The notes under the pieces: generated by a model
What the model was told of the DNA's origin: nothing
What the model saw: the letters and a program-made list of their open reading frames with translations, nothing else
Databases searched by the model: none
Origin: a virus
Lineage: Duplodnaviria > Caudoviricetes
DNA: 58,856 bases
IMG/VR virus record: IMGVR_UViG_3300033183_000442
Location: 1-58,856 of that record
Reading direction: 5' to 3' (one strand)
Part shown: one piece after another, positions 1-9,414 of the stretch
Position numbering within the stretch: position 1 is the first letter of the stretch
Layout of the letters: each line of letters begins with the position of its first letter
Translations under genes and position numbers: made by a program

Positions 1-18
1 GTCAGAGGATGATCTGGA

Positions 19-303
19 TTAGGTATCCAGACTGACACTTACGATTTGAACCTCTTCATAAATTTCAAGCGCACTTGCGACGGACGCGGCGGCCTGCATG
101 GCGGCGTCAGATGTTGCATAGCTTCCCAGTTCTTTAAACATCAAGCCACTGTCAAATCGCGTACTGACCGAAACCAACATCAAAAGAGTGCTGCCCGCCT
201 GAGCGCCCACAATGACAAATGTTTCAACGCTGGAATTATTGGTCAGCTCATGAATTTTCGACAAAAGGGTGGGTGAATACATCCTCAATTCCTCCGTCTG
301 CAT
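19..303 (-). CDS. host hypothetical protein (outside prophage)
   Basis: 94-aa ORF left of the att site; no recognised motif. Confidence 0.45.
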   Translation of the reverse strand: MQTEELRMYSPTLLSKIHELTNNSSVETFVIVGAQAGSTLLMLVSVSTRFDSGLMFKELGSYATSDAAMQAAASVASALEIYEEVQIVSVSLDT

Positions 304-355
304 GAACTAACGCAAGCGGGTCATGTGACAAGATATTTAATCAAAATTTGGAATA

Positions 356-374
356 TTTGGAGCGGGCGATGAGA
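356..374. repeat. att core, left copy (displaced 3' end of tRNA-Gly)
   Basis: identical to 56005-56023. Confidence 0.95.
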
Positions 375-437
375 GACCGTCTCAATTTATAAAAAACCCA
401 ATAAAATATAGGGTTTTATGCATTTTATGTCTCTTTA

Positions 438-461
438 GGGGTGGTAAAAGGGGTGGTAAAA
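438..461 (+). repeat. integrase arm-type sites, 2x GGGGTGGTAAAA
   Basis: 12-bp tandem repeat that recurs at 55923-55958 inside the other att site. Confidence 0.8.
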
Positions 462-497
462 GGCTATATTCTCCGTAACGATTGAGGTGGAGATTTA

Positions 498-1829
498 ATG
501 CCCAAGACCAGAAAAGTCGGTAAATACTTAGAGCTGAAGGGTAACACCTGGATGGTGTTCATGGATGTACCAAAAGACTTGCGTAAGCATTTCGGTAAGG
601 CTCGTCTGAAAAAATCACTGGGAACCTCTGATGCTGGTTTGGCCGAGCAGTGGAAGCATCAGTACATTGCTGATTGGAAGATGCAAATTGCCATCGCCAG
701 AAATGATCCGGATATGGAGATAGGTGAGGTTTCAGATGCGATCAATGCAATGAATAAGTTCTTGGATCAAATGAATCTCAGCCCACAAATGCGACATCTT
801 ATGGCTGCAAAGTATTTTAACCCTGACATTCCAAACTTGAGCGAAGAACAGCAAAGTAAGCGCACCCGAGCGTTTGGCGGGGTTACGTCAACCTTAACTA
901 ATACAGCCGACTACATCGATGAGTTCTTTGATTATGCGAAATACGCACCTGAAGTGCACATTGAAGGTAAGCGTTATATGACGGACGTTTTTGTCAAAAA
1001 GTTCCCAGTGTTTGAGACCATATCCACTGAGCAGTTGGTTACTTATTGTGATGCTAAATTACGGGGTACAGACGGCAGGCAATCTTGGTCTCGGGTTACC
1101 CTGCGCAAAAACCTAAACTTCGCAAAAAAGTATTGGGAATATTGCGCCCAAAGGTACACTAGTGCACCAAACTTAATCGACTATGAGCGGATACTGCCGC
1201 AAGAGATCAGAACTAAAGCCACCCGTAAAAACAGTGATGAGGCGAATAAAGCCTATTCAGTTGATGAGGTGTATCTGTTGCTTGATGCGGCGGTAAAGAA
1301 AGCCGAAGAAACCAACAGGCATGGTGACCATAACCTTGTCGATCTAATTCGATTGGGCATGTACACAGGGTGCCGTATTGAAGAGCTGTGCCAGATGAAA
1401 CTCACAGATGTAACGGCTGACAGTTTTATCATCAGGGATTCAAAAACTGAAAGCGGTCAGCGACTGGTGCCGATGCATAAAGAGGTTTCACAGGTCGTAG
1501 AGCGGCTCAAGCAGTCTAGTACTGATGGTTTCCTGCTGTCAGGTGAATCCACTGCTAATGCCACTGGTAAGCGCAGTAAGGGCCTCAGCCAGCGGTTCTC
1601 AAGGCATAAGCAGGAATTGGGGTTTGGGAATAAGGTCTACACATTTCACAGCTTCCGTTCGACTTTGGCCAAGAGGTTTGAAAGTGCAGGGGTAGAGGAA
1701 ATTAGAGCTGCCCGTATCATCGGACACAAGGTCAAATCGATGACCTATGGAATTTATTCCCGAGGAACGGATTGGGATGTTTTGTTCAATACGATGAACG
1801 AAAAAATCAGTTTCCCTAGGTCGGCTTAA
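498..1829 (+). CDS. int: tyrosine integrase (att-adjacent)
   Basis: TGCRIEE, KT, HSFR, IIGH and Y catalytic motifs; lies next to the att site. Confidence 0.95.
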   Translation: MPKTRKVGKYLELKGNTWMVFMDVPKDLRKHFGKARLKKSLGTSDAGLAEQWKHQYIADWKMQIAIARNDPDMEIGEVSDAINAMNKFLDQMNLSPQMRHLMAAKYFNPDIPNLSEEQQSKRTRAFGGVTSTLTNTADYIDEFFDYAKYAPEVHIEGKRYMTDVFVKKFPVFETISTEQLVTYCDAKLRGTDGRQSWSRVTLRKNLNFAKKYWEYCAQRYTSAPNLIDYERILPQEIRTKATRKNSDEANKAYSVDEVYLLLDAAVKKAEETNRHGDHNLVDLIRLGMYTGCRIEELCQMKLTDVTADSFIIRDSKTESGQRLVPMHKEVSQVVERLKQSSTDGFLLSGESTANATGKRSKGLSQRFSRHKQELGFGNKVYTFHSFRSTLAKRFESAGVEEIRAARIIGHKVKSMTYGIYSRGTDWDVLFNTMNEKISFPRSA

Positions 1830-2376
1830 TCATCGCCAGCAAATTGATGTGCTGGCATTTATCAAGCGGAACGCAGTAGAATTTTTCACCCGATGGAACC
1901 CGCTCGTTTTTGTTTTCAACGACAGGGCTATTTAGGACATCTTCGGCCCTGACATACATCGCATGTGTTTGCGAATTATTGATCACCATGAACACAGATT
2001 TATCCTTGGCGAACTTCTTTTTGCGCAAGGGTAGGTAGAGGCTGTCGAAAGGGAAATCAGTCCCATGCCATTTCTGCCTTATCTCAACCTCGCAGCCGAA
2101 GGATTTACCGTTGCGCTCAACAATTAGATCGATCCCGAACGGATCCTCATTTTCAACGCACTCACAATCCATGGCTTTCCAAAACATGATCCCCAGTGCC
2201 TTGGCTGGGGCATCAAATATTTCCCATTGATCTTCTTCAAACGCTTTAAGCACTTTAACGTTCCTTGTTCTGGGAATAGGCGGTGTTCCAACCTCTGTGC
2301 CATTCCCGTTCATAGAAAGAGCCTTTCCGGTAGACGCACTCATCATTTGCGATGAATGCGTTGTAACCATGCTCAT
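1816..2376 (-). CDS. phage protein, possible PD-(D/E)xK nuclease fold (start uncertain)
   Basis: GIDLIV...CEVE motif; last gene of the leftward operon. Confidence 0.55.
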   Translation of the reverse strand: MSMVTTHSSQMMSASTGKALSMNGNGTEVGTPPIPRTRNVKVLKAFEEDQWEIFDAPAKALGIMFWKAMDCECVENEDPFGIDLIVERNGKSFGCEVEIRQKWHGTDFPFDSLYLPLRKKKFAKDKSVFMVINNSQTHAMYVRAEDVLNSPVVENKNERVPSGEKFYCVPLDKCQHINLLAMIKPT

Positions 2377-2409
2377 AGGGTGTTTTTGCGGGGAATATCC
2401 GTTTCATGA

Positions 2410-4095
2410 TTAAACCCCGCATGTGCCGCCAGTGCCACTGATGTCGCAGATGTCATGCGTTTCAATGGCTTCTTCAAACTCGGTTCCCAGTTTGGTCACA
2501 GCCTCGCTATACGGGACGCTGGTGAGGGGTTGCCCACCTCTGGAGCCATCAGGGTAACAGGTGAAACCCCGGAGCCTCGGAGCGTATTTAGCCAAAGTTG
2601 TAGCGAACTTCTCAACGGTATCGTCATTGTTCAGTTTGCTTCCCCATGACGGCAGGTTGATTGTCGATGAAATCGATTGATCAACATAATCCTGAACATC
2701 CGCCTGAAAGGCCATTCTGCGTTCGTAATCCTCAGCCAGATCAATCGCACTTTCAACGCCCTCTGGGTCAACCCCGTAGCGTTCAATCAGCTCTTGCGCA
2801 GCACTATCGACAACATACTGATACACCCAACGGTTCTGACCCTTGAGATATCGCCGTTTATAGGCCACCGCAAAGATTGGTTCGACCCCAGTGGATGTGC
2901 CTGCCAGGATTCCTATAGAACCTGTCGGCGCCACCGCCCTCTTGGCCACTGGGCGGGATAGATCCAACTCATCAGCCGTTTTTGCCGATGTATCATCAGA
3001 CACACCTCGGTAAACCGACAGCCAACTATGCAACTCAGGCGTAACCTCGTAACGGCTGTTGCGCTTGATCAACCATTCATGGATGCCCATTAAACCAAGC
3101 CCAAGGCGGCGGTTTTTCTGCCGGACATCGTAAACTTTGTCATATGGCAGTTTGGCCTTCATGGTGCCGCAAATCAGGAACTTGGTGGCCAGATGCACCA
3201 CATCTGCAAACTCATGGATATCATCGATACGACCCATGTTCAGCGATCCTAGGTTACAGACATCGCTATCATCCGAACTGGTGACCTCGGTGCAGGCGTT
3301 TCGCAGTGTTTCATCGTTCTTGTCGAAAAAGTTGAAACTGAAACCTGGTTCAGCGGTGCGCATCGCCTGCCGAACGTTTTCAACAAACACATCACCAGGG
3401 TGCCCAGTAGCATAATACTGCATGATCCAATCTGTGTCGTAGTTGACGCTGATATTTGTCATGTCCAACGGCGCTGGGAAGTTGAAATCAGACTGCTTGA
3501 TGTCCCACAGGCTTTGCCCTGTTTGGCCAACTGGCATGTTTTGCCAATCCTTGGCCCGTAGGAAATCACTGATGTCACCATGTTGCCAGTTCAACGAAGC
3601 GTAGATCGCAGATCGGCGAGATCCGCCTTGCATGACCCTTCGACCTATTTCGTTGATCATATTCATTTTGGGGATTGGCCCCGAAGCTGTGCCGCCAGTT
3701 TTCTTTATGGGCGTTCCAGCGGCCCTGTAGACGCTGTAATCGACGCCTATGCCGCCACCAGTCATCAGACAGCTTTCGGCCTTCCATGACAGGTCTGCCC
3801 AATCCTCTCGGGTGTCCTCTTCGGCCTTTAACAAATAGCAATTGTTAAAAAACTTATTGGGACGGCCCGCATAGTAGAGGTAGCGCCCGCCGGGGATGAA
3901 TTTCATCTCGGCGATATATTGGGTGAGCTGATCAACTTCGTCTTTGGTGAGGACATCACCACAGACATCCTCGACCAAAGTTTTTGCCAATTGTTCCCAA
4001 GTTTCCGCACCTTCATGCCTGTATTTGTGGTTGAAGATGTCTTCCGAAAACTTGGATCTGAACGCTGGGTTCAGGTTTGATTTGTACGCCGCCAT
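2410..4095 (-). CDS. nrdJ: ribonucleotide reductase, probably class II (B12-dependent)
   Basis: PGGR, NNCY, GGGIG, GGSRRSA, NACTE, CNLGSLN, APTGS, SISSTIN motifs and C-terminal Cys pair; no beta-subunit gene in the prophage. Confidence 0.88.
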   Translation of the reverse strand: MAAYKSNLNPAFRSKFSEDIFNHKYRHEGAETWEQLAKTLVEDVCGDVLTKDEVDQLTQYIAEMKFIPGGRYLYYAGRPNKFFNNCYLLKAEEDTREDWADLSWKAESCLMTGGGIGVDYSVYRAAGTPIKKTGGTASGPIPKMNMINEIGRRVMQGGSRRSAIYASLNWQHGDISDFLRAKDWQNMPVGQTGQSLWDIKQSDFNFPAPLDMTNISVNYDTDWIMQYYATGHPGDVFVENVRQAMRTAEPGFSFNFFDKNDETLRNACTEVTSSDDSDVCNLGSLNMGRIDDIHEFADVVHLATKFLICGTMKAKLPYDKVYDVRQKNRRLGLGLMGIHEWLIKRNSRYEVTPELHSWLSVYRGVSDDTSAKTADELDLSRPVAKRAVAPTGSIGILAGTSTGVEPIFAVAYKRRYLKGQNRWVYQYVVDSAAQELIERYGVDPEGVESAIDLAEDYERRMAFQADVQDYVDQSISSTINLPSWGSKLNNDDTVEKFATTLAKYAPRLRGFTCYPDGSRGGQPLTSVPYSEAVTKLGTEFEEAIETHDICDISGTGGTCGV

Positions 4096-4535
4096 CAGAC
4101 CAAATCCCCCAAATCAGGTTCTTGGTAATTAGGACCTTTCATCACTTTGCCATCGCTGCGGACAATAGGGTTACCATCATCATCCAATTTGGACATGTTT
4201 GATGCATGAACCCTGCGGAACGCTTCGTCTAAATCCCAGCCAAAGGTGATGGCGTACCCATAGGTGACGTACAACACATCACACAGCTCCTTCAGAAGGT
4301 TTTCTTGTTCCTCCGCTGAACACACTTCATCGAACTCTTCGCTCATGAGTTTCATGCGCAGGCGGTCTGCATCACTATTCTGTTCATAGGGCAGGCCAAT
4401 GCTGTGCCCCATGATTTTGTGAAACTGTGTCACCATCTGCATTGGTGTTTTGCCTAGGTAGGCATCAGGGTCCATGAAAGCCAATCGGTTTTCATCGAAA
4501 TATTCAAAGCTAACGTCCATCATTTTGTTCCTCAA
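4095..4535 (-). CDS. MazG-like nucleoside triphosphate pyrophosphohydrolase
   Basis: EEFDE...KELCDVLYV...VHASNMSK...GKVMKGPNY. Confidence 0.85.
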   Translation of the reverse strand: MRNKMMDVSFEYFDENRLAFMDPDAYLGKTPMQMVTQFHKIMGHSIGLPYEQNSDADRLRMKLMSEEFDEVCSAEEQENLLKELCDVLYVTYGYAITFGWDLDEAFRRVHASNMSKLDDDGNPIVRSDGKVMKGPNYQEPDLGDLV

Positions 4536-4797
4536 CGACTGCTATCAAGCGGTCCAAGTACCAGGCCGCTTTGTTTAAATCTTGGAGGCCGTTTTTGTAC
4601 GGCCAACGGTGTAGGTATTTGGCGACATTGCCTCGCAGATAGCCGATCAATTCAGGCTGTGTGAGAAAGTCGCTTATGTAATCGATGCACTCGATTTTGC
4701 CCTGTCCATAATGGGGCGGATGGTGGACCGCATCGTCAAAGAAATCGGTTGTTTCCCTAACGAAATCCTCCATCGTTACATCTGTTTTGTAATCCAT
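4510..4797 (-). CDS. DUF3310 family protein
   Basis: VHHPPHY..G.IECID...GNVAKYLHR..KNG.QDL.KA.WYL. Confidence 0.85.
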   Translation of the reverse strand: MDYKTDVTMEDFVRETTDFFDDAVHHPPHYGQGKIECIDYISDFLTQPELIGYLRGNVAKYLHRWPYKNGLQDLNKAAWYLDRLIAVVEEQNDGR

Positions 4798-5141
4798 CAG
4801 TGCAACTTCCCCTTCGGAAATTGCAGGATGTTGGCAGGCTTAGATTTACCCTCGGACGCTTCGGCCTGATTGCGGTCATATTCCTCAATCATCCGTTGCT
4901 CTTCTTCGGTTAAACCCCGACCCGCAAGCATCGCCATTTCACCTAATTGGTGCATGAACTCAGTCTGATATTTCAGCATGTAGTTCAGGCCGTCCAAGAT
5001 CATTTCGAAATCATGCACCGCATGTTTGTCGAAATCGTCGGTGAAGTTGTGGCCCGTAAAGATTTCCATGCCACCATCCTCTTTGCAGTGGATGATCAGG
5101 CCCATGGTATCGGACGGTAATATTTTTTCTTTATCGTTCAT
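4797..5141 (-). CDS. hypothetical phage protein
   Basis: ORF overlapping both neighbours in the operon. Confidence 0.75.
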   Translation of the reverse strand: MNDKEKILPSDTMGLIIHCKEDGGMEIFTGHNFTDDFDKHAVHDFEMILDGLNYMLKYQTEFMHQLGEMAMLAGRGLTEEEQRMIEEYDRNQAEASEGKSKPANILQFPKGKLH

Positions 5142-5490
5142 TGCGAACCCTCGAAATAAGTTTGAAGAAATGCTCTGCGTCGATCAGAGCGAGGGGAGGG
5201 CGGCGATCAGCTTTGATGATGACCAAGGGTTCTGCGCCTGCGGGGCAATTGTCCTTAGCCTGATCATAGAAGCCGTACACAGCGATCCGTTTTTGGGATT
5301 TGCATTCGGTGGAATAGGGGAAAAGTTCCCGAGCGGCGGATGCCAATCTGACATCTTCGCCGTTCTGCCCCATGCCTGTCGAAGTGACATCATCACTTTT
5401 TAGGCTGGGAAATGTTTCCAGAATGCGGTCTCGGACCCACTGCTGTAATCGCCGCCCCTTAGCTTTTGCTGAGGCGGTCTTGATCGGCAT
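5131..5490 (-). CDS. Holliday junction resolvase-like endonuclease
   Basis: SAKAKGRRLQQWV...GED...ECK PD-(D/E)xK pattern. Confidence 0.8.
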   Translation of the reverse strand: MPIKTASAKAKGRRLQQWVRDRILETFPSLKSDDVTSTGMGQNGEDVRLASAARELFPYSTECKSQKRIAVYGFYDQAKDNCPAGAEPLVIIKADRRPPLALIDAEHFFKLISRVRNER

Positions 5491-6347
5491 TATTCGTCCT
5501 CAACGAACCAATAATGCGGCGGATCTTTAGCCTCTGATTTTGGATGGGCTTTGAAGGTGGCGCTGGGCCAACATTCACCGAGGTACGGACAAAATTCGCA
5601 GGTTTTGCATAGGCGCTGTAGGCCAGTGCTTTTGCCCCGCCATTTGTCATCGATGGGTTCAAAGCTGCGCTTGAACGTAGCCTTCGACAGGATCGCTGAC
5701 ACAGTGTTTTCGATGTTCTGCATGACCAATGACATTTCGTCATCGCCACCCTCAAACTCGACTACTTTGATGCGACCTGTGCTTTTACAAACTACAATCC
5801 AACCGCCGGGTTCTTTACCCTTAGCTTTGGAATACCCAACGAGTTGCCCGATATAGCCAAAATCATCACTTTCCCTTAGCCCCTCATAACCCTTCGACCA
5901 CTTGTGATTGAAGGCCCATGGGGAACAGGATTTGATGTCGTACACCTTGCCATCAAGTTCGATGTCATCGGTGCCGTTGATGATCGCATCAACAATCTTC
6001 AGCGATACCTTGTCGTTGCCCCCAGTGATATTTGCACCAGAGATTTTCAACAAAAGTATGGCGATGATTTCAACGATGTCGCCCATCATCATTTGTGTAA
6101 TGAAATTGTACGGCTTACGGGCCGCTTTCGCACCTGCCGCCTGCATCTGTAGCTGACAAAGGGGTTTGCCGACACTACTCATGCGCAAGACATCACTTGT
6201 CTCAGGCGGTGGTGAAAGTTGTTTGCGAAGCACCTCTTTCAGTGCTTCGCCAGCTTCTTCTAACCACTCATCCATGATGGTCAGATCGTCAAATTCCCTA
6301 TTGGACAGACGATCTGCCGCCAAATGAAGATTGGTTTCCAAAATCAT
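5490..6347 (-). CDS. Cas4-like PD-(D/E)xK exonuclease
   Basis: G..D...YDIKS, QL.GY, C-terminal CxxCxFCxxxxxC. Confidence 0.8.
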   Translation of the reverse strand: MILETNLHLAADRLSNREFDDLTIMDEWLEEAGEALKEVLRKQLSPPPETSDVLRMSSVGKPLCQLQMQAAGAKAARKPYNFITQMMMGDIVEIIAILLLKISGANITGGNDKVSLKIVDAIINGTDDIELDGKVYDIKSCSPWAFNHKWSKGYEGLRESDDFGYIGQLVGYSKAKGKEPGGWIVVCKSTGRIKVVEFEGGDDEMSLVMQNIENTVSAILSKATFKRSFEPIDDKWRGKSTGLQRLCKTCEFCPYLGECWPSATFKAHPKSEAKDPPHYWFVEDE

Positions 6348-7186
6348 GCTGCGTCTTCGACTCCGTCCTCAAGGTCGTCATCAAGACTGCTTTGGATTGC
6401 ATCCAACGCCTGACGGTCAAGGGATTGACCAGCAACCGCAGCGTCATACGCTTTTTTGATGCGGTTGTTTTCCGACTTGATTGAATCCGCAATCATTTGG
6501 ATTGTTTCGACCACTTTGTCGTCTAGACCAAGGGGTGTCTTCAAATCCGGAGCGAAGTGGAAAGTAAACCAAGTCACCGAGCCGTTCTTGTGGCGTTTTG
6601 ATGTAAGTTCGCATTGATAATCCCATAGGTTGCGGTTGGCGGGAACAACTTTGATAAATTCATCCTCGAAGGGGCTGAAATTTGTTCCTTTGAGCATCAA
6701 GATCACTGGTTCATTGTCCCAAGTGACTTTTTCGCCTGTAGCCGTTTTTGCCTCACCTGAGACCAAGCCCCGAACCTGTCGGAAACATGTAATACTTGCG
6801 TATTTTTCCTTCTGTTCCTGTGCCATTTCTCGCAACTGTGATGAGATTGGTTTGCCACAACGCAATGTACCATTCATATCGATTGGTTCTTCTGCAAAGC
6901 TGGCAATGATCTTTGATTTATTGCCAAGTTTTTTCAGAACGTTGTCCCAATCAAGGTACTGGAAGTGATGTGACAGCGGGCGGAACGTAGCTGTTTCCGC
7001 ATATGCCGCAACTTCTGCACCCTTAATGGTAAATGAGCCTCGGGGAAGCGGGTTCCCTTCGTCATCATCAACCTGCGAGTTGATTACAAGTTGCGGAAGG
7101 CGGGTAGCATTTGAACCGGACGAGTTCGCTACTTTTGCGCCCATTTGTGCAGCCAATGCTGCGATGTCCTGGGGTGTATTTGACAT
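6344..7186 (-). CDS. putative single-stranded DNA-binding protein
   Basis: position downstream of polA; acidic C-terminal tail (DDDLEDGVEDAA). Confidence 0.6.
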   Translation of the reverse strand: MSNTPQDIAALAAQMGAKVANSSGSNATRLPQLVINSQVDDDEGNPLPRGSFTIKGAEVAAYAETATFRPLSHHFQYLDWDNVLKKLGNKSKIIASFAEEPIDMNGTLRCGKPISSQLREMAQEQKEKYASITCFRQVRGLVSGEAKTATGEKVTWDNEPVILMLKGTNFSPFEDEFIKVVPANRNLWDYQCELTSKRHKNGSVTWFTFHFAPDLKTPLGLDDKVVETIQMIADSIKSENNRIKKAYDAAVAGQSLDRQALDAIQSSLDDDLEDGVEDAA

Positions 7187-7212
7187 AGAATTTCCTTCTA
7201 GTTGTTAACAAA

Positions 7213-7238
7213 ATTGGTCTCCAAGGTTGCTGGATAAG
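7213..7238 (-). promoter_or_regulatory. predicted sRNA target in the ssb-exonuclease-nrdJ operon leader
   Basis: mRNA-sense CTTATCCAGCAACCTTGGAGACCAAT is 24/27 identical to + strand 54334-54360. Confidence 0.7.
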
Positions 7239-7293
7239 CAAAATTTTCTTGGACGTTCGTTGTACCATAATTAAATGTACAAAACAATTCCTA

Positions 7294-7322
7294 ATATATT
7301 AGAAAAAACATTGGCGATCAAA
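7294..7322 (-). promoter_or_regulatory. sigma70-type promoter of the ssb operon
   Basis: TTGATC-N17-TATATT on the minus strand. Confidence 0.55.
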
Positions 7323-7326
7323 AAAA

Positions 7327-9414
7327 TTAGATCAACCAAGTTTGCCCGGTTTCTATTTCAATGGCCAAAGGCAATGGAAAATCGTAGTTCCATTTGTTTT
7401 CGGCTTCCTTCAGTACATCCGTCATCGCCCAAGTAAGTGCGTCATGTACTAGATCGATTTCATCAGGATGCGTATCCACAACAATTGAATCATGGACGGT
7501 CAGGATCAGAAGTGATGTCAGATTCAAATCCTTAAATCTGCGATATGCTCGAACACAGGCCATCTGCACCAGATCATTGCCGAACCCTTGAACAGGATAG
7601 TTCACAACTTGAGTGGCATTACTGATCCGCCCGTTGCCATAACGTTTTGCATTTGGCCAATGATATTGCCGTCCCGATGGGGTTTGAACGATCCCATTTC
7701 GTATGACACCATCCATCAGTGATTTTTGATACTTCGCCAAGCCGCTGTAGATTACAAAAAACTGTTTGAAGTAATTTTGCACATGCTCAGGTTCACCCAT
7801 ACCCATGCCGCCATATAGCGGTGCGAATGTGAATGCCTTTGCCGCCTGACGCAGGTCCTTTGTCACTGCGCTGGGGTGGATGCGATTGATGATAGAAGCG
7901 GTTTGGCTGTGAACATCCTTGCCGTTTTCAATGTCATCCTTGATCTGGTTGTCCATCGACAATGCGCCCGCAACCCTGAATTCCAGTCCACTAAAATCCG
8001 CTTCTGTGATGATCCCGCCGTTGAAACGGGAAACAACGCATTTGCGGATTGGGAAACCCCGCTTGGGTTGGTTTTGGAAGTTGGGATTGGATGATGATAA
8101 GCGACCTGTTGCAGTCACACATTGATTAAAGTTGGTGTGAAGCAGGCCAGTTGGACGGGTCCATGTCTGTATGCCTTTGACAAAACTATCGAGGTAAACC
8201 GAAACCGCATTCAGACGGCTAATCTTGGTCAAAAACTCAACGGCTAGTTCGTTGCCTTTGTCCTGAGCTTGAGCGGCCAGCAGTTTGATGGTGGTTTTAT
8301 CGCATTTGAAACCGTTGATGCTTGCGTCACCAGGACCGAAGGGTACCAGCTTCAAGCCAGCAGTGGCCTTCAACTGCTCGTAAAGAGCGCCTTTGCCTGA
8401 ACAGGTTGGGCAACGGTTTTCGTTCTTGAACGGTTCACCATTCTTTTTGAACTTCCGAATTTTGCCCCGGCCATTACAGGTGCCACAACACTTCGCCTGC
8501 GTTTTCTTCACCACCTGTGTGGTGCGTCTAACCGCATTGGCAAATTGCGTTTTGGACATCTTTGGCGGCCGCAGGGGTTTACCGTTGGGGCCAATGCCGA
8601 TGTTGAACAGTTTCTGATGTTCATGGCGATCAACGACCATGCGGGAGTAAACGACCTTGGTCATGTCTGCGCCGCTGTTGAGGTTAATGGGTGTATCACC
8701 CATGACTTGCTCAACGATTTCATTGAGGCGCTTTTCCAGCTCAACCTTCTCAGCAGCAAACTCTGCCTCAACCTCGGCCAGCGCATCCATATCAACGTTT
8801 ATTCCGTTGCGTTCCATTTCGATGAGGCACTGCATCATGTCGTTGGACAATTCCAAGATCGATGTCAGGGATGCGTTTGCTTCCATCGCAAAATCATCCA
8901 TTTGCTTGAGGTAAATTTCTCCTGCAGCCCTGACATCCGCCTCAGCGTATTCGATCACAGTATCAAGAGGCATTGCCTCAAACCCAGTGCCGGATTTGAA
9001 CAACTCATCAACCAGATCGCTCTGCTTTCGGGTTGTATCCCGGCGTTCTGCCGTAGCCTTTAGCGAAATCTCCCGCCGCTGACCTTTGGACAGAACGTAT
9101 TCTCTGATCATTGTGCAGTGGATTTCAGGGGGCAGGGTGAACCCCATCTCCTTTAGCCACATCACATCAAACTTGGCGTTGTGCGCAATCAACACATCGG
9201 CCTGTTGCAACATATGTTCTAACAGGCTTCTGCAATCGGGGTCAGGCTTTTCATTGTGGTGAAACACAAGCGAAAACACCTCATCAACGGTGTCCCAGCC
9301 CAACATACCAAAGTGGGCTGAAACGCATTTATTATCGGGATTGAACGGGCTGTTATCCGTTTTACCGTCCAATCGTTGGACAGTTGTTTCAAGATCAAGA
9401 ACCAGCCGCTTCAT
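7327..9414 (-). CDS. polA: family A DNA polymerase with 3'-5' exonuclease and DnaJ-type zinc-finger insertion
   Basis: DLET, HNAKFD, TGRLSS..PNFQN, DFSGLE.R, KAFTFAPLYG, VHDS; two CxxCxGxG motifs. Confidence 0.95.
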   Translation of the reverse strand: MKRLVLDLETTVQRLDGKTDNSPFNPDNKCVSAHFGMLGWDTVDEVFSLVFHHNEKPDPDCRSLLEHMLQQADVLIAHNAKFDVMWLKEMGFTLPPEIHCTMIREYVLSKGQRREISLKATAERRDTTRKQSDLVDELFKSGTGFEAMPLDTVIEYAEADVRAAGEIYLKQMDDFAMEANASLTSILELSNDMMQCLIEMERNGINVDMDALAEVEAEFAAEKVELEKRLNEIVEQVMGDTPINLNSGADMTKVVYSRMVVDRHEHQKLFNIGIGPNGKPLRPPKMSKTQFANAVRRTTQVVKKTQAKCCGTCNGRGKIRKFKKNGEPFKNENRCPTCSGKGALYEQLKATAGLKLVPFGPGDASINGFKCDKTTIKLLAAQAQDKGNELAVEFLTKISRLNAVSVYLDSFVKGIQTWTRPTGLLHTNFNQCVTATGRLSSSNPNFQNQPKRGFPIRKCVVSRFNGGIITEADFSGLEFRVAGALSMDNQIKDDIENGKDVHSQTASIINRIHPSAVTKDLRQAAKAFTFAPLYGGMGMGEPEHVQNYFKQFFVIYSGLAKYQKSLMDGVIRNGIVQTPSGRQYHWPNAKRYGNGRISNATQVVNYPVQGFGNDLVQMACVRAYRRFKDLNLTSLLILTVHDSIVVDTHPDEIDLVHDALTWAMTDVLKEAENKWNYDFPLPLAIEIETGQTWLI

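Noticed and set aside
466-475. 10-nt match (ATATTCTCCG) between the int upstream region and the 19896-19905 loop
   Set aside because: Same sense as the predicted minus-strand RNA so it cannot pair; short and AT-rich.
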